This document shows positions 49,967 through 62,095 of a DNA stretch of 64,000 nucleotides, piece after piece; positions within the stretch are counted from its first letter, which is position 1; every line of letters starts with the position of its first letter. The position numbers were made by a program, and so were the translations under genes. The notes under the pieces are model-generated. The model was not told the DNA's origin. It saw only the letters and a list, made by a program, of their open reading frames with translations, and did not search any database. Source of the stretch: Podarcis muralis (Eukaryota); assembly GCF_964188315.1 (NCBI RefSeq), contig NC_135656.1, positions 32,240,001 through 32,304,000 on the forward strand, written 5' to 3'.

Positions 49967-50462
49967 CAGGGGTCTGCAACCTTTAAGACAAAAAGAGCCA
50001 CTTGGACCCGTTTCCAAAGAAAAACAAAACTGGGAGCCGCAAAACTCATCATTATAAAAATAACTTTTTTGTCACTTTTTTATTATTTCTTTGTTTGACC
50101 CCTCAGAATTACTCCTCCTCATAGAAATAAACGTTAAATTAACAAGTTACCTTTTTGTGTGTGTGTTCTTCACTCCCCTTCAAAACAGTGACCAGCGTAC
50201 ATGCCCCCTTTCAATGCAGTGACCAGCGTACATGCCCCTTACAATGTAGCGGGCGGGCGGGCGGGAAGGTGACGTCGGGACGGTGCGTGACTAACGCACG
50301 CACTGCCCCCATGCAACATCACAGCCAGTACAGCGCCCGCCACAGTGGGGAGTGTCGGGGTGCACAATGCGCCTCCTCCCCTCGCTAGTATCTGCCCCGA
50401 AGCCGCGGCAAAGGCGTAAAAGAGCCACATGCGGCTCCGGAGCCGCGGGTTGCAGACCCCTG
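49967..50462. mobile_element. Young hAT non-autonomous transposon (496 bp)
   Basis: Perfect 15-bp TIR CAGGGGTCTGCAACC / GGTTGCAGACCCCTG. Perfect 8-bp TSD AGTTAGGG at 49959-49966 and 50463-50470. CpG-rich right half. Confidence 0.95.
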
Positions 50463-50629
50463 AGTTAGGGTTTCAAATGGATGTCTCTGTGACCGGAGGT
50501 CTATTCAAACAACAATATGCATGTGGTGAGTGAAAGCCCTTTCTGTCATGCTAGCTCACCAAAACTCCATAACTGAATAGCAATGCCTATGGCATTGAAC
50601 ACAATTCTTACGTAGGCCTATAGGGAAGC

Positions 50630-50965
50630 AAGTGGTCCCTAAGGTCACCTGGTCCTAATGCAACTATAGCATTAAAGGCCAGAACCAGCATTTTGAACAG
50701 AGACCAGAAGCACAAAGGAAGCCAAAGGAGCTGACATAAAGATAGGTGTTATATGCCTTAAGCTGCAATTGCTGTATTTTGCATTAGTGGAAGCTTCCCG
50801 ACTGGCTTCTAAGGCATCCCAATGTCTAGCAATAACTAAATCATTAATGACTGAGACGAAGTCCATCTTCATCAAGAAATGCCAATCCTGATAAAAGGCA
50901 CTCCTAACAACTGCAGTCACCTGGGCATCCAGGGGGAGTGATGAATCAAGGAGTACTCCCAAGCC
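50630..50965 (-). mobile_element. L2/CR1-clade LINE ORF2 C-terminal remnant (pseudogenised)
   Basis: Translation GVLLDSSLPLDAQVTAVVRSAFYQ...HITPI matches the conserved post-RT region of L2/CR1 ORF2 (LGVxLDxxLsm...V.rsafyqL...HITP), with deletions. Confidence 0.75.
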
Positions 50966-51501
50966 ATATACCTGCTACTTCCAAAGGGGAGTGCAACCCC
51001 AATCTAGAACATGTTGACTCGCCTTATTTAGATCGCATCTATGCTTGACTAGCAGTACTTGCATCTGGATTCAGTATGTTTGTTAATCCCCACCTGAACT
51101 GCAGGAGTTAATGCAATTTAATTTCACAGGGTCATATAGTTTCTGTCAGAATATTCTTCAGATTTTGTTAAAATCCTATGGCTTCTGATGGAGGAAAATT
51201 CTACTTTTGAAGCTTACTTACTTGGAAGTAAGAGAGTGCTGAGTTGTGAATCTGATACCAGTGTCCCCCAGCTGATGTCACTATTTTCCTCACAGAGTCA
51301 TTGCATAACAGTAGAGTGATTGAGGCTATCTACCGGGTAATGATCAAATTCTCCATGCCATTTCTTTTTAGCAAGGGAAGAATATGATTAGATGCCTCCA
51401 GGTCTTATCCCTTACTTTTATATTAGCTGCTAACAGTGATCTCCCCATAGTATGCAGAAAAGTAAAATATGCTGAACATCTAATCAGTGCATTTCTGACT
51501 G

Positions 51502-51503
<2 letters not shown>

Positions 51504-51545
<42 letters not shown>
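51504..51545. repeat. (AC)21 microsatellite
   Basis: Directly visible. Confidence 0.95.
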
Positions 51546-51547
<2 letters not shown>

Positions 51548-53404
51548 CTTGATACAGGGCAGATTATAACTTTCTGAAAAGGATGACACATGTCACAGTT
51601 ATTAGAAACTTTATTATGACCGGTTTTGACTACATTAAATGCTATCCTGCCAACTGAGCTGGAATTCTAGGGCTATGTTTGCACGCCACGTTAAACCATA
51701 GTTAAACTATGGCACCACAAAATACCCATTAAACAGAGGAAAAAATAGCAGTGCTCAGACCCTTCCCCTCAAAAAACCCAGGCAAAACATTACTCCCAAC
51801 CTCACTCTACAGACAAAAAGAGCCTGCAGACACACCCATACCAAAGTGGAGCAGGGCAATAAAACCTTTATTTTTAAAACAAAAATATTGATTGGGGCAG
51901 TGAGCCTTAGGGATGTACCTGAGGGTGAAATGGTACCCAAGGACATCAAGTTGGAGACTCCAGGTTTAATGTGGCCTGAAGTTGAACTTAAATCCAGCCA
52001 GACTGATCACATACATAAGTCTGAGGTATACAGTTTAACTCTTGCAATAATTACAGGACACTACTGGCCACCTTTTCTACAGTGGCTTTGAAACTCTCTG
52101 TAGAGGTGATTCTGTCTTACTATTGTTCACCAGAGTTAGAGTATGCCTCTGGGGAAGGAGGCAAACAGTGTACTGTATTGTGACCCCCCCCCCTTGGTTG
52201 CAAGACATTGTGTTGTTAACATCAGAATGTATGAACAGCTACATTACTACAAGTAGACATTTCTGCAATACCATAAAAGATTATTTGTTCTCACTTTTGC
52301 AATGAACTAAGTGTCTAAAAAGCAACCGAGATTACACATCCTTACTTGCAAAAAAGGAGAGAGACATTTGATGATTGCCGAAAGACAGTTATAATTCTGA
52401 AGTCGGAATAGCTTTAGGAACAAAACACCTCAGCATTTTTTCTGCAAAGGTCACTTAAATCTATGGGGAAATTAATACTGTATTATGTTCCAAGGATGCT
52501 ATGAAGTGATTTTGTCATCTAGTCTTCTTCTTTTTTTTTTAAGTGAAAAAATCTAAATTGTCTTCCAGAAGCAAGTTCTCTGGAGACAAGGCTGATGCTA
52601 ATTTTAGTCACTGTGTAAACTAATGTTCTGTCGTTCAGTTATTTAAGTTCCAAGATAAATTTACCTCCCAGTTGCTTCTTTCTACTGAGCTTTTATCCTA
52701 AGGGGCTTACATTTACAGATACAAAATGAAAGTTTGTAACTGGAAATACACATTTTAAAAATCTTCATTATTTGATCCTTGTACTATAAATCAGGAAATA
52801 TCCATCTCCCTTGGGCCCATTAGAGGCTTATTTAATATTCAAGGCATGTGTGGCAAATGGCTTATCCCTAATTGGTGACTCCCAAGATGGCTTCTATCTA
52901 AAGCCACCATGAGGCCAGGCACTAAGCCTAGTTCAGAAATTGCTGTGCTGACAATCAGCTAGGATGAAGATAGCATAGCCTGATGATTAGCTGTTCTTTC
53001 TGTGGAATGCAGCTCCTGAGACAATAAAAGCAACCCTGGGTTGTGTGACCAGAGCAATTGAGACAGCGGGTGTACCGGAGATGGGGCAGTTTCTAGAGTC
53101 TGTCTGGCTCCCCTAAAACAATGTGGAGAACAAGAGGAGAAAGCCTTGGGAGAGTTTCTGTGAGAATTTCCACAATGGCAGAGTTACACTATGCTCAAGG
53201 CCTGTGTGCCCTTTAACTGCCAAGATTTATATAAGCAAGTGTTAATGTATACACAATCCACAAGAATAATGAGCTGGTTATTTTCCTGTCCAGGTGTTCA
53301 GGAATACAGCCTACTGAGCTAGAATAGTAAATATAGATAAGAACAATGGGTTTTTAAATAGAGGGCACACTGTTCCTTGCTATCAGCCCATGCAAATACT
53401 GCAG

Positions 53405-53407
<3 letters not shown>

Positions 53408-53447
<40 letters not shown>
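53408..53447. repeat. (TG)20 microsatellite
   Basis: Directly visible. Confidence 0.95.
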
Positions 53448-53448
<1 letters not shown>

Positions 53449-53758
53449 ACATCCATGCACACTCACCTAGCTTGCACATGCTCATTATTTTGAGGCCTCC
53501 TTTATTCAAAAGGATAGTCCACACCAGAAGCTTCCATGTGTCAGTATGAAAACAAGCATATAGGATACTTTTTAACAATCAAATAGGAAAATGGGAAACT
53601 TATGTATAAAAGCACCTTATATGGGCTACATACTTTACATTAATTAAACTCAAATCCTTGACCACAGACTCATCATCTAAACGCCAGCTTCAGTGTAAAG
53701 GAAAGCAAAACAATTTTTTAAAACCCTGTGAAAAATCAGAATTTTATATCTTTAAAAT

Positions 53759-53943
53759 CAGGCTGCAATCCTAAAAACACTTACTGGAGATTTGGTCCCA
53801 TTGAGCTGATTGTAATTTACTCTGAATAAACATGTTTAAGATTACTTTGCCAGGATGTGATCCTACACACACCTACCTGGGTGTAAGCACCAGTGAATGC
53901 AGTGACGCTTACTTGTGGGTAAACATTTATAGGATTACACTGC
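53759..53943. repeat. Two adjacent copies of short palindromic family P2 (GCAATCCT...CACTTAC...GTAAG/TAAAC...AGGATT)
   Basis: 53759-53850 and 53852-53943 have the same layout. Related copies at about 48440-48520 and 57630-57705. Confidence 0.6.
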
Positions 53944-55812
53944 CTGTTACTTCTTTCAAACAGTTTTCTTTCTTTCAACAGCTTTGAAAGTGGGTTGAAA
54001 AATTGCAGAATCCTTTGTCCTCTGCCAACACAATTCCACAGAATGCATGCAGAACCGTTATTTGAAAATTCCCGTCCTAGGAAATACCACAAAACAGATA
54101 TTACTACTGTACTACTTCTGGCATTTTCATATTGACATGGCTACCTGTCTTGCAGAAGACCTATAAGCAATCTAGCCACCCTGACTGTCCACTGGAGGTC
54201 ACTGGTTCTTTGCAGTGACAGTACTGTTTTGGGGACTGAATAGATTGGTTGTAGAATAGAATTGTGGACAATTGGGGCTGTTTCTGTGGGTCCCTTTAAC
54301 ACGTATCTATGTAAACCTGCGGGCACTTTGAACATGGTACCCAGCGTTGTGGTGGCTGCTGTTGTATGGTGTGATCCCACACTGCAGGGGATGTATGTGT
54401 GAATAACATGAAATTGTGGGTGGGGGCCTTCGTTCAGCACTTGCCAGGAGGGATCAAACTATGTACAAGCACACACTTGAATAGGGTATGTGAATAGAAC
54501 ACTTGTTATAGAAGTATGAGAAAAGTAGTATTCAGTGTTCTGAACCTTGGGAAGTTAAGCATCTGAGGGACACTGTAGATATGAGAAGGAGCCTTTTTCT
54601 AGTGGGTGTTTTACAGGCAAGATGAGCCACTAACCTTTATGGACATCTGCATTCTATTTTCGTTTGCTTATGTGTGTCATTTGATAGCCATCTTGGCTGC
54701 TCATTAACTTCAGCTGCTCTGTAGAACATGACTGAGGAAGTTCCTCCCTGAGGTCTCAGTAAGGGAAAGTTGAATGGTGGTGTTGGAACTGCAGCCTCAA
54801 TACTGAGGTGTTACAAATTCCATATGAGTGAAGTTGAAATAAGATAGAGTGGACATTTGTACGCTCACTTTCCATATCAAGATGATCCAGCGGTATTAAA
54901 CTCTTTTTGTTAATCTGCCCCTTTCAAATTTAATTGCAGTCAACACAGCAATGCACTTAGGAAGCTGATTTCAATATAGTCTGGAAATACAAAAAAAAAA
55001 AAAAAATCTATTAGATTATAATTTGTGGGAGGAGAAAAAGTTCTGAAATTTAGCAGTGAATCCACTATGGAAGTGCTATGCACATTTTAGGCAGGCGTAC
55101 AGTCTTCTCCACTAAATCAAACATGTGGGAAGCTTATTATGAGCAAGCATCAATGCAGTAAAACCTCAGTGACCCCTCTTTTTATAAGTACATCTTTGAG
55201 TGCTTGTACAGAGTAAGTAGAACTACATCAAGGCTCAGGCCAATATGATGCAGTAGCGGAGAACTGTTGTATTAAAGCTGCTTTATGCAAACTAACTTAG
55301 CAACCCGAAAGGAGGATGCAATCACAAGACATTGTTGCTTTCACAAATGTGGTTTTGGATTAGAGCTGCCAGACACAAGATGCTTTGTGCTCAGCAAAGA
55401 TGGCAGAGGCATTGTGCTTGAAAGGCATCTCCTCGAAGTAATTGAAAATTACATGCAGAACGATTATAGGTTGGACGTGTACCAAAGGGTAGGCACCAAC
55501 AGAAGAAAGCTGTGCATTGATTAGATTCTCTTTAACTTAAGCTGGTTAGAAATACTATAGTCTTTTCTTCTGCCTGCCCTTTAAAGCACTTGGCAATATT
55601 TCCTTGCAACCCATGAATAAGAGACAAGGATTCTTCACCATGAAGACACTTGTCAGAAAAATGGTTGCTGGGGAAAGCATGTGTGAACTCACATGCTGAT
55701 TTGTGATTGCACATGCAAACTTGGCTAAGGAAACAAGCAAGCTAGGAAATGGAAAAGGTCGCAGAGAGAGATCCCACCCTGAAAAAAAAGCAGTTTATTG
55801 AGACCTTGTATG

Positions 55813-55947
55813 CAGTGGTACCTTGGGTTACAAACACTTTGGGTTACAGACTCTGCTAACCTGGAAGTAGTACCTCAGGTTAAGAACGGTTTCAGGTTAA
55901 GAACAGACCTCCGGAATGAATTAAGTTCATAACCAGAGGTGCCACTG
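55813..55947 (-). mobile_element. Tc1/mariner MITE, family A, internally deleted (135 bp)
   Basis: CAGTGGTACCTTGGGTTAC ... ATAACCAGAGGTGCCACTG|TA. The central part is lost between CAGGTTAAGAAC repeats. Confidence 0.82.
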
Positions 55948-56192
55948 TATTTTCAGTAGAAGACTCTTCCTTGGGCAACTATTTCCTGAAAGGAGCAGCT
56001 TGAAACAGTCACACTGGGTTTGCTAAAATATCTCCTAGGTCCTAGGACAACTCTTGGGGAACTTTTGCTAGGTTGAAAATAAATGCATGAATTTCACTTC
56101 CATAATGTGTTTACATATGCATGAAGTGTGTGCTCATATCTGCAATTTTGTTGCCCCTCCAACCTGCTACCAGCAACATATACCCCCTTTTG

Positions 56193-56460
56193 TGTCGTCG
56201 TCCCCCGACCTCCGGCACTGCTGGAATGTATCCTTTAACTGTGATCATGCTTGCCTGGATGGAGAGATGTGTGTGTATGCCAAGGCGGGAGTCAGGTACA
56301 GGTCAGCAGTAACTCACAAGGTGTCAATGAAGTTAACTCTTTATTCAAAGAAACAAAACAGGCCTCATGAGCACAGCGACTATTTCCTAGTAGGGTGTAG
56401 CAGCATGCTTCTTCTTCACAGTAAGCTGTGGTTTATGTCTTACTTTGGCTTACTGTGACA
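56193..56460 (-). mobile_element. Short solo LTR-like element
   Basis: TGTC...TGACA termini and AATAAA on the minus strand (CTCTTTATTC, about 56340). No TSD seen. Confidence 0.4.
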
Positions 56461-57206
56461 TGCATGCCAGTCTACTGGTTTCCCAGCCTGACAGCAGTCA
56501 TGTCCTAGCAAATCATGACTACTGTGCCTCTCGAGTAAAACAAACAAGCAAACAAGCAAACACATTTTTATTCTATTCCAGTTAAAGCTAGTTGTGTGAC
56601 TAGGGAAGTTGCTGAAGTTTGTAATTACTTGGCTTGGAATTTGAATTTGTTCAGCTTGTTAATGCTCAGCTCTGTTATAAATCAAGTGTAATTTCACCCA
56701 GACTTTCTTCCCTGGCTGAGAATGCAAAATGAGATTCTGCACGTGTGAGATCAGCATTCAGGCTGCTTTTGCTTGTGCAAATGTTCTTTAGGTTAGCCCC
56801 ATTTGTTGTTGTTGTTTAGTACTAGAGGCTATGGAGATGAAACTCAGTCCCAGTTCTGTCTACTCCAATGGAAAGTAGCTCTCCAGAGGTCTTTCACAGA
56901 ATCTGCTACCTGATCTGTATACAGAGGTCACACAGTATGTCATGTCCAGTTGTGGCCTTTCTGGCGCTATGCAGGAAAGGAAAATTAAACTCAAAATCTT
57001 TGGGGTGGGGGCTCTTTTCAAGCTAACGTAGGGGTGCCCTGTTTAAAATCAAACCATTATGTAAGCAGACCAGCCTTGATATAGATGAACCATATGGTTA
57101 CCTTTTCCTCATTCTGATTTTATTTAATTTTGTTTTACATTTATTTTCCCATGTGTTGCAGAAGGGTTGAAGCTTTATGGTTGCCTCTGGGATCACTAAT
57201 AGAGAA

Positions 57207-57209
<3 letters not shown>

Positions 57210-57271
<62 letters not shown>
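57210..57271. repeat. (CT)n microsatellite
   Basis: Directly visible. Confidence 0.95.
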
Positions 57272-57272
<1 letters not shown>

Positions 57273-57275
<3 letters not shown>

Positions 57276-57552
57276 GTGTGGTGTAGTGGTTAAGAGTGGT
57301 AGTCTCGTAATCTGGGGAACCGGGTTTGCGTCTCCGCTCCTCCACATGCAGCTGCTGGGTGACCTTGGGCCAGTCACACTTCTTTGAAGTCTCTCAGCCC
57401 CACTCACCTCACAGAGTGTTTTTTGTGGGGGAGGAAGGGAAAGGAGAATGTTAGCCGCTTTGAGACTCCTGAAGGGGAGTGAAAGGCGGGATATCAAATC
57501 CAAACTCCTCTTCTTCTTCTTCTTCTTCTTCTTCTTCTTCTTCTTCTTCTTC
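57273..57552 (+). mobile_element. Squam3-type tRNA-derived SINE with (CTT)n tail, young
   Basis: Head CCAGTGTGGTGTAGTGGTTAAGAG, CORE-like GGGTGACCTTGGGCCAGTCAC, LINE-derived tail AGCCGCTTTGAGACTCC...GGCGGGATATCAAATCCAAACTC(CTT)n. Flanked by (CT)n on both sides. Confidence 0.82.
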
Positions 57553-57766
57553 TCTCTCTCTCAGCTCCCACGTTCATGAAAATCAACAGGAGGAGCCACA
57601 GTAATGTGTATACCAATGTTCCATGCCTCAAAATTCAGAACATCTTACTCAGAAGTAAGTCCCACTGTTTTCAGTAGGGCTTATTCCCAGGAGTGTAGGT
57701 ATCAGCTTGTTCTGTTAATCTCTTTGGGTCAAGTCCTTAAGAGAAGACAATGCGAGCATATCATAG

Positions 57767-58124
57767 GTAAAGGTAAAGGTACCCCTGCCCGTAACGGGCC
57801 AGTCTTGACAGACTCTAGGGTTGTGCGCCCATCTCACTCTAGAGGCCGGGAGCCAGCGCTGTCCGGAGACACTTCCGGGTCACGTGGCCAGCGTGACAAA
57901 GCTGCATCTGGCGAGCCAGCGCAGCACACGGAACGCCGTTTACCTTCCCGCTAGTAAGCGGTCCCTATTTATCTACTTGCACCCGGGGGTGCTTTCGAAC
58001 TGCTAGGTTGGCAGGCGCTGGGACCGAGCAACGGGAGCACACCCCGCCGCGGGGATTCGAACCGCCGACCTTTGGATCGGCAAGCCCTAGGCGCTGAGGC
58101 TTTTACCCACAGCGCCACCCGCGT
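57767..58124 (-). mobile_element. Sauria SINE, young subfamily
   Basis: Highly similar to 6548-6909. 12-bp TSD AGCATATCATAG at 57755-57766 and 58125-58136. Confidence 0.94.
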
Positions 58125-58989
58125 AGCATATCATAGAGCAAGTCTAATAACTTTTTAAAGATATATCAAGCACTGAATACTTTAACCTTCTTCTCCCCAT
58201 CCTTTTCCTTTTCTTTGAAAATGTCTGTTTTGGGGTCGGGTGGGGGAAATGTTTGCTTTTAAATAGTATTGCTTGCAGCAACTACAATATAAAAGTTTTG
58301 GCAGCTGTTTTTAACTGTGGGGTTTTGCAGGAGGAGAGAAGTGCACACAGCATTGTATTTATAGGCTTCTGTAGGATTAAATACAATGTGTGGGTGTGTG
58401 CAAACAATATGATTGCTGAAGTTTTGTGCTTGAATTTTTTTTTCTTTTTTAACGTTCCATATGTAACAAAAACAACTCCAGAATTAAGTCCGTATGAACA
58501 CTAGACTCATTTTTTTAAAAATCTATTTGAGCGTCCATAAAATTATTCATAGTTATACCCTCTATACTGTATTGTGTATATTGGAGAGATTGGGATGAGG
58601 GAAGATGGCGTTCACACAAGCCACTACAGGCACATCTTTTTTTATTAGGCTCTGTTTGCACCCGTGCTGGGTAATTATTTTGTGTGTGTATGCTTTGCAC
58701 TGTGAGGCTGAATTGTCCTGAGAGTTGCTGTGGCATAGTGAATACAGTGTTGGATTTCAACCAGAGAGGCTTGTGCTCCAGGCACAGGAATGCAGGCTAT
58801 TGGGAGCAAAAAAAGCAGAACAAAACCCACACAAAGAGACTGGGAGTGGGTGAAATCAGGGCCACAACTTACAGTCATAAGTGGCATTAGTATTGGGCAA
58901 GGACCCTGGCTGGATACTTGGAGGGTGTTGCTGGTCAGCAGAGACCTGCCCCAGTGCAGGCCATTCTGGTGAGGACTCTCGCCAGAACT

Positions 58990-59110
58990 TGGGAACCTTG
59001 GGCAAATATCACTCAGCTTCACAGCATTGTCACGAGAATAAAATGGGGGAAACCCATCTCTGCCATCCTGTGCTCCTTTGAGGATGGGCAGGATATAAAT
59101 AAGAAATATT
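58990..59110 (+). mobile_element. Squam3/MIR-like 3' remnant
   Basis: ACCTTGGGCAAAT...GAGAATAAAATGGGGGA...TCCTTTGAGGATGGGCAGGATATAAATAAG. Confidence 0.55.
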
Positions 59111-59749
59111 TATTTAGGCAGGAATGGCATTAGATGAAGGAACACCATAACAGACTAATGCCTAAAGGGACTTTTTCCATAGTGGTATCCCAGCTATAGA
59201 ACTCCCACCTCTCTGAGTGCCGTGCAGACTCCCTCCATGTCTAGTGTAGACTTTGTTCTCATTTAGGCACAGGCTAAAAACATGGTTATTTGGTAAGGCT
59301 TTGGGAAGTAACTGAATGTTTCAGCTGGAACGGGATGTTTAGAGTTTAATTATGTGCCTTATCTCTGTGTTTTATCTGCTTTTCTATTTTAATGTTGTAT
59401 TTTAACAAATGTTGTACTGGATTCTTCACCTAAGAGATGGCCTATACTTTTAATAATAAAGCAAGTGGTGTGGAATCTGCACTGATTCCCATCTGCAGTG
59501 CTCTGACTGACAGGAGCAAATACAGGTGGATGACGCTTGCAGTGGATCTGATCCTTGGGTTTCTGCCAAGAGGACACATGCACCTTATCTCCTTCTGCCT
59601 CAGCCTATCTGGATCATTTCATAGCCAGCCTGAATGTCACATAGTCCTAAGATTATACCCTTCTAGCTGACCTGGAAACAAACAGACCAGACAGAACTGA
59701 TAGAGAATTAACTGCATAGCACAGCCAGTTTGGAAAGAATGCATTGTTC

Positions 59750-60050
59750 TGTCACAGTCAGGAGTCCTAGCTGGGAGACAGGGCTCCAGCCAGCTGGGAG
59801 CTTGTACTAGGGACGGAGACTAGGGAATACCAGATCACGTATTACTAGCACTAGCTCAGTCAAGCATAGGTCATGTTCCAGCAGGGCAAGGTCAAACATA
59901 GCAGAGCGTAAGTCCATATAAGCAAGGTCTGACAAAACAGAGGTCAAAGTCCAAAAGGCAAAGAAGCAAGCTATGTAGTGCCTGGATAGCTCCAAATTGT
60001 ACCTAGGCTGTTCATCAGACAAGGCAGGCTTAAATATTGCTCCAACAACC
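59750..60050 (-). mobile_element. LTR-like 3' half (LTR-A)
   Basis: On minus: TATTTAAGC TATA-like box, pyrimidine-rich R/U5-like text and terminal ...CTGTGACA at 59750. Confidence 0.5.
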
Positions 60051-60053
60051 ACC

Positions 60054-60398
60054 GCGGGTGGTGCTGTGGGTTAAACCACAGAGCCTTGGGATTGCCGATC
60101 AGAAGGTTGGCGGTTCGAATCCCTGCGACGGGGTGAGCTCCCATTGCTCGGCCCCTGCTCCTGCCAACCTAGCAGTTTGAAAGCACGAAGTGCAAGTAGA
60201 TAAATAGGTACCGCTCCAGCGGGAAGGTAAACGACGATTTCGTGTGCTGCTCTGGTTCACCAGAAGCGGCTTAGTCATGATGGCCATGACCCAGAAGCTG
60301 TATGTCGGCTCACTTGGCCAATAAAGCGAGATGAGCGCCACAACCCCAGAGTCATCCGCAACTGGACCTAATGGTCAGGGATCCCTTTACCTTTACCT
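60054..60398 (+). mobile_element. Sauria SINE, older subfamily, no TSD
   Basis: GCGGGTGGTGCTGTGGGTTAAACC ... GGTTCGAATCCC ... CCCTTTACCTTTACC. Confidence 0.92.
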
Positions 60399-60686
60399 AT
60401 TGCAGCTTGTAAAACAGTGATTTAATTGCCCCCCAAACCTCAGGCTTTTATATACATTATTTACACAATGAGTCCCGTCTAATTGGCTGGTTCTGCTTTC
60501 CTCCTGGAGCCTGATTGGTCTTTTCCTGCAGGCCAATCAGTTGTTGCATTCTACGATCCTACCAGCCTAATAGGTTGATTGACTTCCTCCTGGAGCCTGA
60601 TTGGTCTTCTCCTGCAAGCCAATCAGTTGTTGCATTCTAGGATCCAACTTGCCTATTGTTCTAGGATCCAAGCTTAGTACATAACA
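60399..60686 (-). mobile_element. LTR-like 5' half (LTR-B, Gypsy-like)
   Basis: On minus: starts TGTTATGTACT, duplicated CCAAT-box module, then GTATATAAAAG TATA box. Confidence 0.6.
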
Positions 60687-61135
60687 CTCCCTAAGCGCAG
60701 TCACTAATTAGGATCATGCCAAGTGTTCATAACTGCCTTGTCATTGAAAGCCCTATAAAACCTACTATTCTCTGTTAGCGATGTCGGAGAAATCTGCTGT
60801 AAGCAGACAGATACAGAAATTCCCTTCATCTTGCTAATACACTTGCTTGTTAGGATAGAATTCCTTCTTGCAAATGCAAGCAGCATTGTTGTCAAGGGTC
60901 TTGTCCCCACACCCTTAAGTCCACAGGTTATACTTAATTAATGATGTATTTTACTCTTCTTTGGGATGGCTAAAAAAGAAATCCCATGATACATCAAAAA
61001 CCACACATTGTTCTGTGCACCTATATGACAGACCCAAAACGAACCCTTTTGCTGTGGGTGTTGAACTGACTGTCCAGCTTTTCTGTTTTTAACAGGAAAA
61101 AAATGTTTTACTTTCCCCCACCAAAATAGAAATGG

Positions 61136-61137
<2 letters not shown>

Positions 61138-61174
<37 letters not shown>
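61138..61174. repeat. (TG)n microsatellite
   Basis: Directly visible. Confidence 0.95.
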
Positions 61175-61177
<3 letters not shown>

Positions 61178-62095
61178 GTGTTGGGAAATTTCTACACCAG
61201 CTCTTAATCCCATTAATGCTCTTGCTGATTTTATACTACTCATGTTTTTAAAGTTGGTTTTAGCCTGGTTTTTTTGGTTGATTGTAATTTACTTCTAAAC
61301 AAAGTGTACTGTTTTTCCCCCCTTCTTCTTGTATTGTAACCCCCTCCCCCTTTGATATTCTACAGGCAGGGATATACTTTAAAATAAGAAATGAGTAAAT
61401 TGCAGGGTAGTGATAGCCTGCAATAGAATACCATGATTTTAAAAATGAACTTTCACTCTGAGTTTTGCCTAGCTTCCATTAATACTCTGTGGGAACTTTA
61501 TACATGATCATAAACACCTATAGTTCTGATAATACCATGGTGATGTTCCTTCAGTTATGCATTCTTCTAAAATTAATATATTTTTAATTGTGTACCTCTC
61601 TATATAGTGTAACTCTGCTTTGCTAGAGGCGCCTTAGCTGCTGGCCATATTCAGTAGTACAGGGATAACTGTCAGGAGAATCTCTGATGCCATTCATGTT
61701 GTGATATCACTCATCCATTACTAGTGCCTTCAGCAACCCAGTATTTTCTGATAGTATCAAGAAGCTGCCTCCGGTGAAAAATATTGGCTTGTTGTACCAG
61801 AATGCCTTGTAAAAAACCACCAGCACTGCAGAAGGCAATTCACTCATTTGCAACAGAAAACTCCAGTTGTTACCCTGGCAACCAACCAATGAATTAGTCA
61901 GCATTATAATTATGAACACACCATTTTTTAGCAGCTTCAGTAGCACTTTAACAGGGTTTTTCCTCTTACTATTATTTTTGTAAGATATAAAGTAGAAACA
62001 AAAAAGAGAAAGGGGATTACAGAATTTATACAATATTTGGTATACCCTAATATACTCATTTGTATGTTTTTTAATCCTTTTGTATAGTCACAAAA

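Noticed and set aside
53807-61296. Identical 18-mer TGATTGTAATTTACTTCT at 53807-53824 and 61279-61296
   Set aside because: The first copy lies in a P2 palindromic repeat, so a second family fragment is the simplest explanation.
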